Assembly: GCF_023055435.1 (NCBI RefSeq)
Contig: NW_025963779.1
Span: forward strand, 50,716,001-50,780,000
DNA: 64,000 bases
Direction: 5' to 3'
Source of the DNA: Haliotis rufescens
Lineage: Eukaryota
The translations under genes and the position numbers were made by a program. Under the pieces are notes generated by a model. That model searched no databases. It saw nothing but the letters and a program-made list of their open reading frames with translations, and had not been told where the DNA came from. The first letter of the stretch is position 1, and the number at the start of each line of letters is the position of its first letter. Below are positions 39,706-52,290 of this stretch, piece after piece.

Positions 39706-42700
39706 ACAGAGCATAAATATGAGTTCAGAGGAAAATGCATATCTAAGCCTTCAGATTTAATTAGGTAATAGACATTATGTGTTTTTAATGAAGAGCTAGG
39801 TTACCGGTCGATTCAACCTTACTAAATGAGATTTGGAACCGAACGCGCAGCTATTACGAATACTTCTTCAGATTTTATTTGATCTCCACCACAGTTATGT
39901 CATGTCTTGCCTACTTATACATTTGTGAACGTATTTAGATGATTTTTTTGCATTTGGCTTTGCTGCCAATGAACACTGTGTCACAATTAATGCTGTGAAG
40001 CCAGTTATTGATGTACTCGATACAGGAACATAATAGTATTGCCATCATCCTTCTTTCGACTCCAGTTGTTTCCTGACATGTAATGCAAATACCGAACTTG
40101 CGAGAGACTGGAATTTGAAGAATACTCCTATTTAAGTTTTTTTGTACTGGTTACATCCCTTCCATAAAGTTGTGGTGGATTATTCATGAACTGAAGAACG
40201 TCCTGATTCTAATCCCCCCAATGACTGAATTGACCCAAAATGTAGTTCCGTTGAGCTGCGCTGAAGGCTTGCTCGGGACCCAATCCATATGAAACGTTTT
40301 TGATTTCGAGTATGAAATTTTCATAATAAAGCTTGAGCTGTCACTTATATGATTGCTACATTAGTCACAATAGAGAATTCAGTCTATCAATTTGGACTCG
40401 GCCACATTTGTTTTCCGTATGTATACGTTTAGAATCAGTTCGGCAATCGATCCCCTTAGATTGTCTGTCATCGAGTGATATAATACTCCACCATGGGTGA
40501 CAGCAGCTACAAAAGAGTTCAAGACAGTGTCCATCACTTCAACTTTTGTCTTTACCGACAATAAAACAAGTCAACACCCCTTTTGAATGTTATTATTCAA
40601 ACGCATGATGTGTGCTGTGTTATACATGATTGTGCTGTTCACAGATCTGATAATATTAATTTTCAGTTATCGTCACAGGTTTGTGAATAAATGATCACAA
40701 ACACCCTTGGTACATTAAAGCGTAACATCACAACTAAACACAAAGCTATCAGTGACGCCGTAAGTGATCACAAAATACACAGTCATGCTATGAGGTCATG
40801 GTAACATACCTGACATATTTTCCAAATCAAAGCTAGTGTTTAGTAAGTCCTCTAAACCAAGGTAAATGTTTGAGTTGGGCAAACAATTGTATGAATAATA
40901 TCGAAGTGATCAGTCGATTTAAATCTAGCAAACATGCTATTCATATACATATTATTCATTGCATGTACTTTTTTGTAATTTATGTTTAAACATTTCTAAT
41001 AAAGGTCTGTCTTGTCAATATTAGTGATAACACTGTAATAATGTTCAACTTCGGTCAAGTGCCACTCGGGGTTCGAAAAGCATGATATACATTTACATTG
41101 ATTTACTAATACGGTATTTTATCTGAAATCCATCCAAATACTGGACTTAACTAACTGAACGAATAAGACCCGAAAAATAGTAGTATACCCATTCAATCAA
41201 CTATGTATTCACAGCAGCAGAATGACTGTAACCATATCAAATTGTACGTTTTCTTCTTAAGAGTCGAATTTTTTTTTAAAATAAGCCCATTTAATGGATA
41301 TTCATGAGCAGCTGAACAAGATATGAAACATTTTATTTCTGTTAAGAACATTTACATCTGTCTGGAAAAAGTATCATCTATAATTCGTTACTGAAAATTC
41401 AATTGTCAATAATGTTCGATGCCTTTGAAAAGGATATTCTTTACGGGAACTACAATAAACGTCTAAAAATATATTGTCTCACTACCTTCTAAAAGGATCT
41501 ATACACATTATGAAAATTAGTCGTGGGAATATTCAGAACATGCAAATCTGAATAAAAGGGACAAAATGCTTCCATAACCATAAGAAATCTCTACCAAAAT
41601 ATGTGATATTGGTGATGTTACCAGTTGTTCGGGTACAGGTGAGCGTATCCTGCCCCACCATTAATTCTTTTACGGAGTACAAAGAACATATTGAAGGATA
41701 ATGTTGATCTTGACTGTGCCTACAACAGTCAGTTCAATTTACCAATTGCCGTTTCGGGTTTTCCTGCTTGAAGCTGTTATCAGCATTCAAAGCCTAATAT
41801 TTATTTTGCTTCATTAAAGAAACATTGTTTCCTTGCAGACTTGCAACAAATCAGAATAATTATGCATTTGTTGTATGTCAATTCCTGAGGCACATAATAT
41901 ACACTAACAGCGAGGAACTTGGATTACAAAGTTACTCCTGAAAAAGATATCTGTGTCTGACGGCGCATGCGTGGCAACAAATACGGCTCCCCGTGAAAGC
42001 TGTGGAAATCGTATATTTTAATTGAAAAGCACTGATGATGTTAGTGATGTTAATGCATGTTCCAGTCCTTGGCAAAACGATCAACTATGAATGATTTCAA
42101 AGACTTATTCACTGATATGTCAAGTCAATATTGCTGCCTCTGAGCGACTTACAAAGAAAATGTTACGCACTTTCACTCCATGTAATGTGTACTCTCTCTA
42201 TTGTATATTGATATAACCTTACGACGTGATGGAAAAATGCTAAGTTCATCATGCTCCGGAAAGAATCACAGAACGAGACATTGATGACATTGGCGTCATA
42301 AGGTAAGCATACTTTAGGATGAAGGAAATAAAAAAAATAATAACATACAACATTGCCTTAACGTTGTAGAGATGATCGCAGACGTTGCCAATGCCACTTC
42401 ACTGTACTGATAAGGTATAAATTCAGTGGTGAGTTAATTTGCTAGAAAAACGAAATGGTAACAATTGCCATGAATACATCCCACTAAAATCCCACACTAA
42501 CTCATGGCCATGCTTAAGTATACGTTGATGTTCTGTCTAGTTTGCAGCGACACACGTTCATGCATCGGCAATTGGCCTTTCAGCATGAAACAATATTAGC
42601 CTTTTTTATTATGCACGCGTTGTTCTGGTTACTGCTTGTTCACGGTGATATCCTGTCTGAAATCTTGACACTTTTATACTTCTAACATTTCCATTTCTCT

Positions 42701-43798
42701 TCATAAGGTGACATAAATCATTCACTATGGTTAGTGACTGATAGAACTAACTTGGAATATTATTCCATTTACTTTTACACTTTTCTTAATTTACGATGCT
42801 CCTTCTCTTTCTCAAATGAAAGAATATATCGTTTAATGTACAAATGCAAAGCTTCGCAGTCGATTGGATAAACCTTAGTCCCAAATCACCTTAATTCAAA
42901 GTATTGAGAAGACGTTTAAGATTGGATATTTTTGTTTCAGTGTATGCATTCTTTCACAAGAACTTTGAAACAGGGTACCACTTGAAACCTGTCAAAATAC
43001 ATATTTGTATCGGTTCTGTCAGATCATGTCAATCACGATAGCTTGCAGAACTCCACACAATTATCTAATTCCCACTAACCTTCAAATCACGGAACTAGTC
43101 TTTGTCTACTAAACAATCTATTTCTTGGTATTACACCACCACTTGAATCTATAAGAATCTCTCCACCTAATTGTGTTTACATAGATCAGTAAGCCAAACC
43201 AGCTTGCCCCAATACAAATCCCTTCTGCTGAAACAGACACGCACTCACGCAGCTCCAGTCACACAGTGATATCGGTTATCGAGAAGAACTCCAGCACAGA
43301 TGTTCTTTCAACTATTTAGTTTGTTGAAAGACATACGAATGGTTGAATTAAGACCTCATGTCTCTTCCAAAGTTTCTTCAGTATCAATCGACACGTCGTT
43401 ACTTGTTTTTCAGATTGATGTTTTCTCTTTCATCCAGCGAATTTCTTTTCACGTAAAGTATGTGGCACGCCGTATCTGAAAGATAAAAAAGTCTTATATA
43501 TTAATTGCAGCAGCCATAAAACCATTGTTGTGTTACATTACACATCGTTCTTTTTGTTCTAAAATGTTTGTTTTTTCATTTGATTTCAACTTCAATCATT
43601 TATTAGCATTTGGCTTCCATTTGTACATGTGTGCTTATTTAGCACAGTATGTTCTCTATGGTAAGGTACACATACATGCTGATTTACGTCGATGTTAGCG
43701 TTCGGATATATGTCCATGTGTCTGATATACGTGAGTGCACGTGATCCACACTTAGGTCAAAAACAGTTTCCCTTGTAATTCGCACTCTTTTGTCTCCG

Positions 43799-44062
43799 GA
43801 CCCGTGAAGATCCGGGATAGAATAAATCTTCAGCAACCCATGCATGCTTGCCGTAAAAGGCGACTATGCTTGTCGTAAAAGGCGACTAACGGGATCGGGT
43901 GGTCAGGCTCGCTGACTTGGTTGATGCATGTCATCGATCCCAATTGCGTGGATCGATGCTCATGATATTAATCACTGGATTGTCTGGTCCAGAATCGATT
44001 ATTTACAGACCGCCGTCATATAGCTGGAATATTGCTGAGTGTGGCGTAAAACAACAAACCAA
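43799..44062 (+). mobile_element. SINE family 3 with 12-bp TSD
   Basis: TSD CTTTTGTCTCCG at 43787-43798 and 44063-44074; multi-copy in the window. Confidence 0.9.
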
Positions 44063-44177
44063 CTTTTGTCTCCGCATATGTCTATGTAGAGCTCCATGTG
44101 CAGCTATGTTAGGCTCTTTACTCTACCCTTATTAAATATTCGTGTTCTTGATCCATGACGTTGCCTCAAAACATGAG

Positions 44178-44363
44178 TTAGTGCTCAAAAGTTGGCTTTT
44201 AACAGTTTTCCAGTTATATCGAGGCGTGTCAGCTTAAAGTGGGAGGAAAGCCCGACGTGATGCAGGTCTCAGGCGTTTACCACTTCGGTGAAACCAACGA
44301 GCACAGGCTGGTGCTGACAAACCTAGAAACATAATCATAAGTTTCTGGTGTGCCCAAACGACG
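44178..44363 (-). mobile_element. SINE family 2, truncated, with 15-bp TSD
   Basis: Reverse complement matches roughly 35835-36030; TSD GCCTCAAAACATGAG at 44163-44177 and 44364-44378. Confidence 0.88.
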
Positions 44364-46559
44364 GCCTCAAAACATGAGCTCACATGCCCTGATATAATGT
44401 CTTAATTGCAAGTACTCAAATACTCTAAAGAAGACACCAATGAATAAAGGTATGTTCTTCGTGAGAACTGTCATCGTGAGCTAAAGCATGTGCAATGGGA
44501 AATATGTTGAAACATGTTTCTGATTGGTCTCATGTATGTTTTCAAAACAGAACATTGACCCTTCCATAAAATACATGTAGAACGAATCGCTGTGACTCCT
44601 TTTCATATTGATCAATATAATAACTAATACTCGTAGCTTCGAAAATAAGACGTAACATTTCACACTTGGAATGTAAACACAATGAAAGAAATCTTGGTGT
44701 GAAATTTTAAAATAATTCTTGTCGGGAAGATGCATGGTTTTAAATATACTTTATTCAAGCTTCGTGAAAAAGCGTAATTATATCACAAATATTGTATTCC
44801 TGTTGTAATTATATTGCACTGCTTCGATTTTAAACTTCTCAACAAGACGGTACCGTGATGCTATCAGATTCAAACAGCAGCCATCCCTTGAGTTGATTTC
44901 ATATTTTACGAGTTAAAAACGTAACTTCCGATCAACATTGACAAGCAATCCTTATTGACAAAGCATTTTTGAAAGAAGTAATACCCGATATGAAGTTTCC
45001 GGAAATGCAATTCAAAACTGAAATTGATTTTTTCCAGAGCTAGTTGCAGAAAAGGATGAATATGCCACATAACGTTATTTTAGGAATTGAACTTATCACG
45101 GCAACACACACTGGACAAAAAATTTATCAGCTCTACAACCCATTTTTCTTTATCTGATGAATACGTTGTGCGTTCTAATTCTGTTTAATTTATCTATACA
45201 TATAAATGCTTTCGATGTTATATAGATAGTAGTGTGTTCACCTGCAAACAGCTCATGGATAAGAGCAATTCTACTTTAACTGGAAAGTGTTTTTCTCCGG
45301 ACTTTTCTTATTAAAGTAAATTCCGAAAAAGCTTTATTCCAATTTACTACTTACCGTTTATAGTGACGTCTTGTGGATATGTCCTACACAAATTATTTTT
45401 CTCGATTCTGATTCTGAAATTCTCCTGTATATCGAATTAACAGCAGAAACATACATATAAACTTCAGAGAACCATTGGTTCTTTTTCGTCACTCTAACAT
45501 TGCAATTCCCATCAATACTAAATTTTATCAATCCTAAGGCTTCTGAGTACATGTGTATCTGTCATTTTACGACATTAGCAAACTAAGGGATGAATGCCAC
45601 CTGTCGCCAGCCTGGCACCCCTGTGTTGCCGCCAATACTTATTAATGAGAGTCGCCCTTGGCTCGACAACAGGCGGACCAAGGTAAATCCCGGCTGTTGT
45701 GCAAATGTTTGTTGATGCTCAAAGTAAATCCATGTGCATAAGATATAACATTGACAGTAAATTAATTATGATATTTTCCAGTTGAATGAAAGTTGAAACA
45801 TTCGAAGATCATATACCGAAGTATTTAAATATATCCCTTTAATATATGATCAAATGTAGTCAAATTGTGTAGGCTCCTTTTAAGACTTTACTCCGTCTTA
45901 TCTGTTGGCAATGTGGTGCAATACGACAATGGCATATGTAAATAAACTGCTGTCTAGATATTTCCACCTATGTTCAATCAAAAGTAAAAACTCACATATG
46001 TAGAGCCATCTAATTTACCTCAAAATATATATGTATGACCACAGTTCATTACAAATAGCTGTTGGATTCTGATACAGTTCCAAATAAAGTGAATGCTATC
46101 TAACTGTCAACTTAGGAATGGTATTATTATGTGTCAACATACCGTATAATTGCTTCCATCCTTTCTTTTCTTGAAGTAGCCTTTCCCAAAATATTCAGTT
46201 GATAGGAAACCATACATTAGTATTTTCAGTCTTTCACCTTTTTCATGTATGTATTTATAGATACATGTACTCCATGTAAATAATAACCACCCATTCAGTC
46301 ATTGGTGGTGGCAATCATAGCTTATGGTGCAAGCTAGGATGAATAAGATCCTACACACGCATACTTCGTCTGCTGATGCATGTTAATTTTAATACATTAT
46401 TTAAAAAGCATCTATCATGTTGTGGCAACCCTCTTCATACAACCTGGTGACGATTTTGCACGAAAAAGACACTTATGTGACTTTGACAACTATGTGACTA
46501 CTGTGATTTGTGTGTGTTTGAGATAATCCCGCGGCGTCGGAGATGGTTGTCATCTTTTT

Positions 46560-47070
46560 AATGGACAGGGTGATAAATTTGTTTGATGAGATAAGATGTT
46601 TTATTAAACAACATGTATCTCTCATAAATATTGTGGGTTTTTTTTGTCACATGACCGAAAAGCATGATCCTTAATTGTGTTAGTAGTATGAATTGGTAAT
46701 TGATGGGCTGACCTTTCGGGGGGCAGTCCACAAGTTGATTCCTCTGGAATCCGAGAAACACCAAAGCCTTCACCTTGTCGGCTGATGGAACAAACTCTGT
46801 CTTCTTTGGAAGAGGTTGCTTTGGATCATTTCACTATTTTAACTGTGGTATATTCTCTGGCTGAAGGTGGTGAACCCATGAAAGTCTTCCTCATCTTGAA
46901 TCATCTTGGAGTCTTTCTCTTCACCTTTTGAAATCCAGTACCAACCACTTAACAGTATCACCATCACCATGCCGCATAGAGATGAGTGTTGGTCTCAGCC
47001 CTCCCAGACACATGTTGGAGATACATGACCACATCGCGGTAGCCAGGTTTGTCAATTTGCATGTACAGAG
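46560..47070 (-). mobile_element. mariner transposase remnant (paralogue of 56310-56830)
   Basis: KALVFLGFQRNQLVDCPPKGQPIN; same position and flanks as in copy D. Confidence 0.8.
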
Positions 47071-47216
47071 AATAAATAACTGCAAAGATTTAATGCCTGG
47101 TTGTGTATGTGGTTCAAATGCAAGTTGTAGGCATAGAATCTTAAACTGTTAAGGGTGCACTGTACAGACTCAGAATTTTTCGAGATCTCGTGTGTTGCCA
47201 CTTGACGATTGTCTTA

Positions 47217-47217
<1 letters not shown>

Positions 47218-47301
<84 letters not shown>
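47218..47301. repeat. Compound (CA)n(TA)n microsatellite
   Basis: Directly visible. Confidence 0.98.
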
Positions 47302-47302
<1 letters not shown>

Positions 47303-48402
47303 GACAAAACTGTGGTGAGTGCTAAAGTGCTTACCACTTTTCCCACTAACTCTGATCTTCATTTGACTTACTAGTACCGCAGTTAATGCAGACTAGAGGT
47401 TAATTTTCGTTCGGCGCCGGAAAAATAAGTGATAAGTTGTAGATGCCATGATAAAGGAAGAGAGATATGATATGTATATGGAAATCCGAAGTGTTTCAGA
47501 CAGTAAATCAATACAAACTCTTTGTCTAATTTTCCATTCTTCTCTAAGGACAACACAGTGTGGTTAACTCCTATATCAAAACGAATTTGTACTAGGGTCT
47601 CTGGACCAATTTGGAATTGACAATCTCTTTTTCCAGAGTTGTATCGCTCATGAATATTGTGGATGATTTGTTTTTGTTTCGTTCATCTTGTTTGCATTTT
47701 AAATAGAACCAGAACACGAAATGAACATCCAATCCTGAAAGGTAAGTCACTTTACAGATGTTCTGAAGTTTATTAATACATACATCCAGACATTTGGCCC
47801 AACCCCTGGACAGTAGATATATTTATAGTCCGTATATCAGTAGCAATACTTTAAAATAGCATTTGTGAAAAGTGAATTATGGGCGTTGTGTGAATATTCG
47901 TATTGTAAGTATTTAGAAAAACAGTTGTCTCCAATCAAGACTTTAGCAAAACATCTCTTCATGCCTTGCAGCAACAGTACTATATTCCGGGGCGTTCTCA
48001 AGAATAATCTGAACAAAAATATATCATAAATCAAATGACAAAAACCATTTCGGTAATCAAATGAAATCAGTACTGACTCCGCTGTCCGATTCCGACTAAA
48101 TTATAAACATGTATCTATGAACCACTATCAGTTTGCGATGATACCGGAAAAGGTGATGTTTTTCAAATGTTTTTAACCGAATTGAACTTCCTTCTTTTCT
48201 GGGATTTAAAAGTTTCAAGCAAATTCTTCGTATCAATTCCACATGTCTCAAATACTTTCTGTGAAATTCTTGGTCCCATTAAGGATTATGGTTAATCTTT
48301 AAGAAAGGAATTTGATGTCACATTTGCTGAAATCAATAATATATTTCTCCTGTATAAATGATGATTAAACATGGCTTCGTGTTTTATGCATACCCACAAC
48401 TC

Positions 48403-48965
48403 AGCCAGTCTGTCTGTCCGTCCGTCTGTCCGTCTGACCGTCTGTCCGTCCGTAATCATTTCCTTTTCCGGGGCAGAATTCCAAAACCATTCAGTGTATT
48501 TGATCGAAACTTGGCAAATCTATCAGGCACATACTGAAGTGGTGCCTTTTGATATTTTGGGATTTTTCTAATTTTTATTTTTTTAAATTTTTATGGAATG
48601 AAGTTGGACATAGACTCAATCGGGGATGGGGTTCGTTTCCGGGGCAGAATTCTAAAACCATTCAGTGTATTTGATCGAAACTTGACAAAGCTGTCAGGCA
48701 CATACTGAAGTGGTGCCTTTTGATATTTATTTTTTAACGAATTTTTATTTTTACAATTTTTATGGAAAGAAGTTTAACCTAGACTCCATTGGGGAACGGG
48801 TTCGTTTCCGGGCCAGAATTCGAAAACCATTCAGTGGGTAAACAATGTATGCTTTTTAAAGAACATTCAACCGTTGACTCATTACATACAGAATTGCACA
48901 TTTACTAGTGGTTACTTTACAGACAGCTGCCGGGGGGATATGTCATCTTTCTGATGACTCTTGTT
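48403..48965 (+). mobile_element. Helentron-associated (HINE/DINE-1-like) non-autonomous element
   Basis: (GTCY)n microsatellite, ~170-bp tandem repeats starting at 48468, 48639 and 48808, then a G-run and the terminal hairpin GTCATC-TTTCT-GATGAC followed by CTTGTT; absent from copy D. Confidence 0.8.
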
Positions 48966-48999
48966 CTGGAATGACTTAACCAGGCTTTGACGGTGATAC

Positions 49000-49150
49000 C
49001 TTGGTTAGTTGTAATAATAATCTGGAACTGATGGTATATTGTTCGATATGAAAGGGACATTGACGATTGGGAAATCGGAATCATCACTTCTGTCGCACAG
49101 CTTGATACAGAGGTTGCCATCATTTGGATTTCTTTGCACAGATTCAGACG
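49000..49150 (-). mobile_element. Penelope-like RT C-terminal fragment
   Basis: DGNLCIKLCDRSDDSDFPIVNVPFISNNIPS matches the PLE motif KLYDKRDDFNFPIVNFPFLSSNIPS. Confidence 0.8.
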
Positions 49151-49767
49151 GGACACTAAATATGATTCCTAGTTGTTTCTTTCTCCGGTGGAATGATAAG
49201 GTCTAGATATTCATTGTGTTTTGATGAAAGATATGAGATCAGCATGAGGATTTTGTGTATAATCAATGATAACACATTCTCAATGATGATATTTTATACC
49301 TCTGTAAATAATAGTTTCTGTTATTACATCAAAAACACATTTCATTAAAGAAGACAAATACTATGGTTTAGTTTGAACATTGCCTTTCAGAGCGTACACG
49401 TTGTTCACTTTAACTTTAACTTTAAAATGGACCGGTAACATGATGGATGTTTCCAACCAAACCATAATCTCTCTACAGGAGAAACAGGAACGTGTCGCAT
49501 GCACTTCATTGATAAATTTGTTATTTTCAAAATGTTGTTTCTGTTATGAAAAAGAAAGAGTAAATAAATACATTATGCAATATGCACCATATATACTGGT
49601 GTCACTCAATGATTCGAACAAAACTGCTCAGTTTGAAATTTGCAAAAACATATTTATGCAAATATACATGTCTGCTTAACCAAATATTTGCTAAACACTG
49701 GACACCAAAATAGAAGCCGTAACTTTAAATGAAAGATCTGTTATCAGATGCAGTCGTTGATTATTTA

Positions 49768-52290
49768 GTCGATAAATATTTCGTTTTGTAAGATTTGCGT
49801 GATGTTATGCTGAATGCATGTACGGAAATTTCATTTGAACACGACGCCGTAAGGCGGAGTGTTCAAATGAAAAATTTCCGTACATCCATTCAGCATAACA
49901 TCACGCAAATCTTACAAAACGAAATATTTATCGACATTGTAACATGAACGTTATTTAAAATCGATATTTAGGAGGAACTAATTTACTGAGCGCATGACAC
50001 AACAAGACTGTCGTTAGTAATACGTCTCCTCGTGCTCACCTTTGAAAAGATGCATGATACGGGGTGCCGCGAAACCGATCAATTGTTTCGTGGTACTCCA
50101 ATAATGAGGGTCCATTTTACGAAAGGGGTGGTCACATGTTCAAGCCCATTTCTCAGAAAATAAACAAACAACAGGAAATATCACAAATTCAATTCTTTAT
50201 CACAGTTCCCCATCTTACTTGTAATTTGTAGTTATGCGTATCTATGAAATACAAATAATCAAAATTAGAAAAGATGTACATACTGTTTGGCCCCTGTACA
50301 AGATAGTGTCAACTCGCCTGAAACTGAGGTGGTGACAAGAGACGTCAAACATGTGCGAAATTTCAGACATGCAGCTTAGCTGGGATTGAAAAAGTTGTTT
50401 ACTGTTACTGTGGAATAACATATGTGAGAGAGACCGTGGAAATTAGCAGAAGAATTAACCTGGAAATTATTCACGGGAGCAGTGGACAGTGGCAGGATAT
50501 TTGTATCTTTGACAGGTACCAAATTACGTTCGTTAGTGAGCTGCTGTTGTCCCTGAAGGTTACACACAACCAAATGTGTTCCCATAGACTTCCATAGTAA
50601 GTTAAGCATTCAACAGCTATTACATCTACGTGTGTGCACAGTTTGGCCTTAGAGCAGCAATAAAAAAAATAAAAATGACTAGCTTAGTCAGCTCCTTTTC
50701 CGAGTACCGGAAGCTAAACACACCACCCCCAGTTTCGCACCAAATGTCACCTACTTGAAAATAGCTGTGGTCACATTCAGCATAAGTCATCATGTTGAAA
50801 GAGACAGTACTAAATATAGAAAAACATGGTCACTTTTAATAACTGGATGGATGTGCATTTGAAAGACATAAAAATCTTACAGAATATCCTCCAATCACTG
50901 CCTGCAGATATCTCTCGATCTGCACTGAAGGCTCCCTACGAAAACCGCACTGTCCAAACTGGTTCTGATTTGGTGTAGTAGAACCTGAAAAATGTTCGAA
51001 TAATGTCGTTTTTGAGACGAGCTCGAGTCAATGGAATACGACTTCAACGATACATCGGTTTTGTGGCCGGTAATTCTGCAAATCTAGCGATTTTCAATAC
51101 CTGCGTTTGACAGCAAAGTGACGACAGTTTGCAGTGTGAAATTCCCGGTCTTGGATAATGTTTATGCTGCGCTCAAATGGCGGTCCCCTGATGTGCCTGT
51201 GTATGGCAGTACACAACCAAACAAAACTCGATTTTGAGTAAAGGTCTCCCTCAGCATTTCTGACTTCGGCATAAAAGAACCTCAGTCTCTCATTCAGTTG
51301 AAAAGCAGGAAGCTCTTCGAACGTGGGTTCAAAACCTCGGAAACCAAGCCATTCTGGAAGTGAAAAGATTGCCTTGTTCGGGGTACAAATGTGACGGTAA
51401 GTGGGAGTAGTTCGTTATTATTACGGTGTCGTGTTTAAATGAAATTTCCGTATATCCATTTAGTATAACATATCTCAAATCTTACAAAACGAAATATTTA
51501 ATTTATGTTAAGATTTTGGTCAATCTCGTTATATTATTGCCAATTTTTGCGATGACACATTGGTCACGCTTTACATTGCTATTATGGCAATGGTGTAAGG
51601 GAGGTAACTCTCGCTGATGTTGATCAAATCTGCGTAGGAAATTTTGGTATGTGTATTTATTCTTTTATGTTTCAATGACTTACGTCGAAATATTTGGAGA
51701 GGTTCCCATCCACGATGTCCTGTACTACTTTTTCATCAAGGGACGCGAAGCGGTGACTGGACGCTTGAACTTTGGGCTCTACGGAAACGCTGGCTGTATT
51801 TCCTAGTTCAGGGGCCATCTCAGAACGGTTTCCAGCTTCAACAGCTGTTTTGGGTTATAATAAGAACAAAATTAGGTGGGTGTATGAAAGTCATAACTAT
51901 TATAGAGTTGCAATAAATGGTTTTTACTCTGTTAAAAATTGATTTTGTTTTGTTTTTTCCTTTGGCCAGTCCCAAGAAAATTACATTAATTATGATTATG
52001 ATTTTATAATTAATGGAAAAAGGTAAATTTCATTTACCTTCAAATTCTTGAATTATCTCAGAAAATGTCTCGTCGCCCCATTCACTCAATATTTCATCGA
52101 AATCTCCGATGTGGAAGTCAGGGTAAATTTCCATCTGTTCCTCCATGTTGATGATTTCAAAAATAGTTCCATTAATTAATGTATACATACACGGTGATGA
52201 GACCCCAAAAATTCAGCGATGTTATGCTCATTCGACAACACTTTTTAACCAATCAGATAAGGGAACATACCTACTTTTATGTTACAATTT
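49768..52290 (-). mobile_element. Crypton-type (tyrosine recombinase) DNA transposon, non-autonomous
   Basis: ~2.5-kb insertion that interrupts the unit (A and B are continuous here); carries a YR gene remnant and a 168-bp palindrome at 49768-49935. Confidence 0.85.
50376..52146 (-). pseudogene. Spliced Crypton tyrosine recombinase (DUF3504-like), internally deleted
   Basis: Putative exons 52146-52038 (MEEQMEIYPDFHIGDFD...), 51844-51684 (SHRFASLDEKVVQDIVD), 51353-50985 (LRFFYAEVRNAEGDLYSKSS...IHRHIRGPPFERSINIIQDREFHTAN fused out of frame to TVVTLLSNAG...ITGHKTDVSLKSY) and 50552-50376; GT/AG at the junctions, with the exon 3 donor least certain. Confidence 0.85.

Noticed and set aside
48468-48836. 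Regularly spaced direct repeats suggesting a CRISPR array
   Set aside because: The spacers are themselves repeated, the period is ~170 bp, there are no cas genes and the context is eukaryotic.
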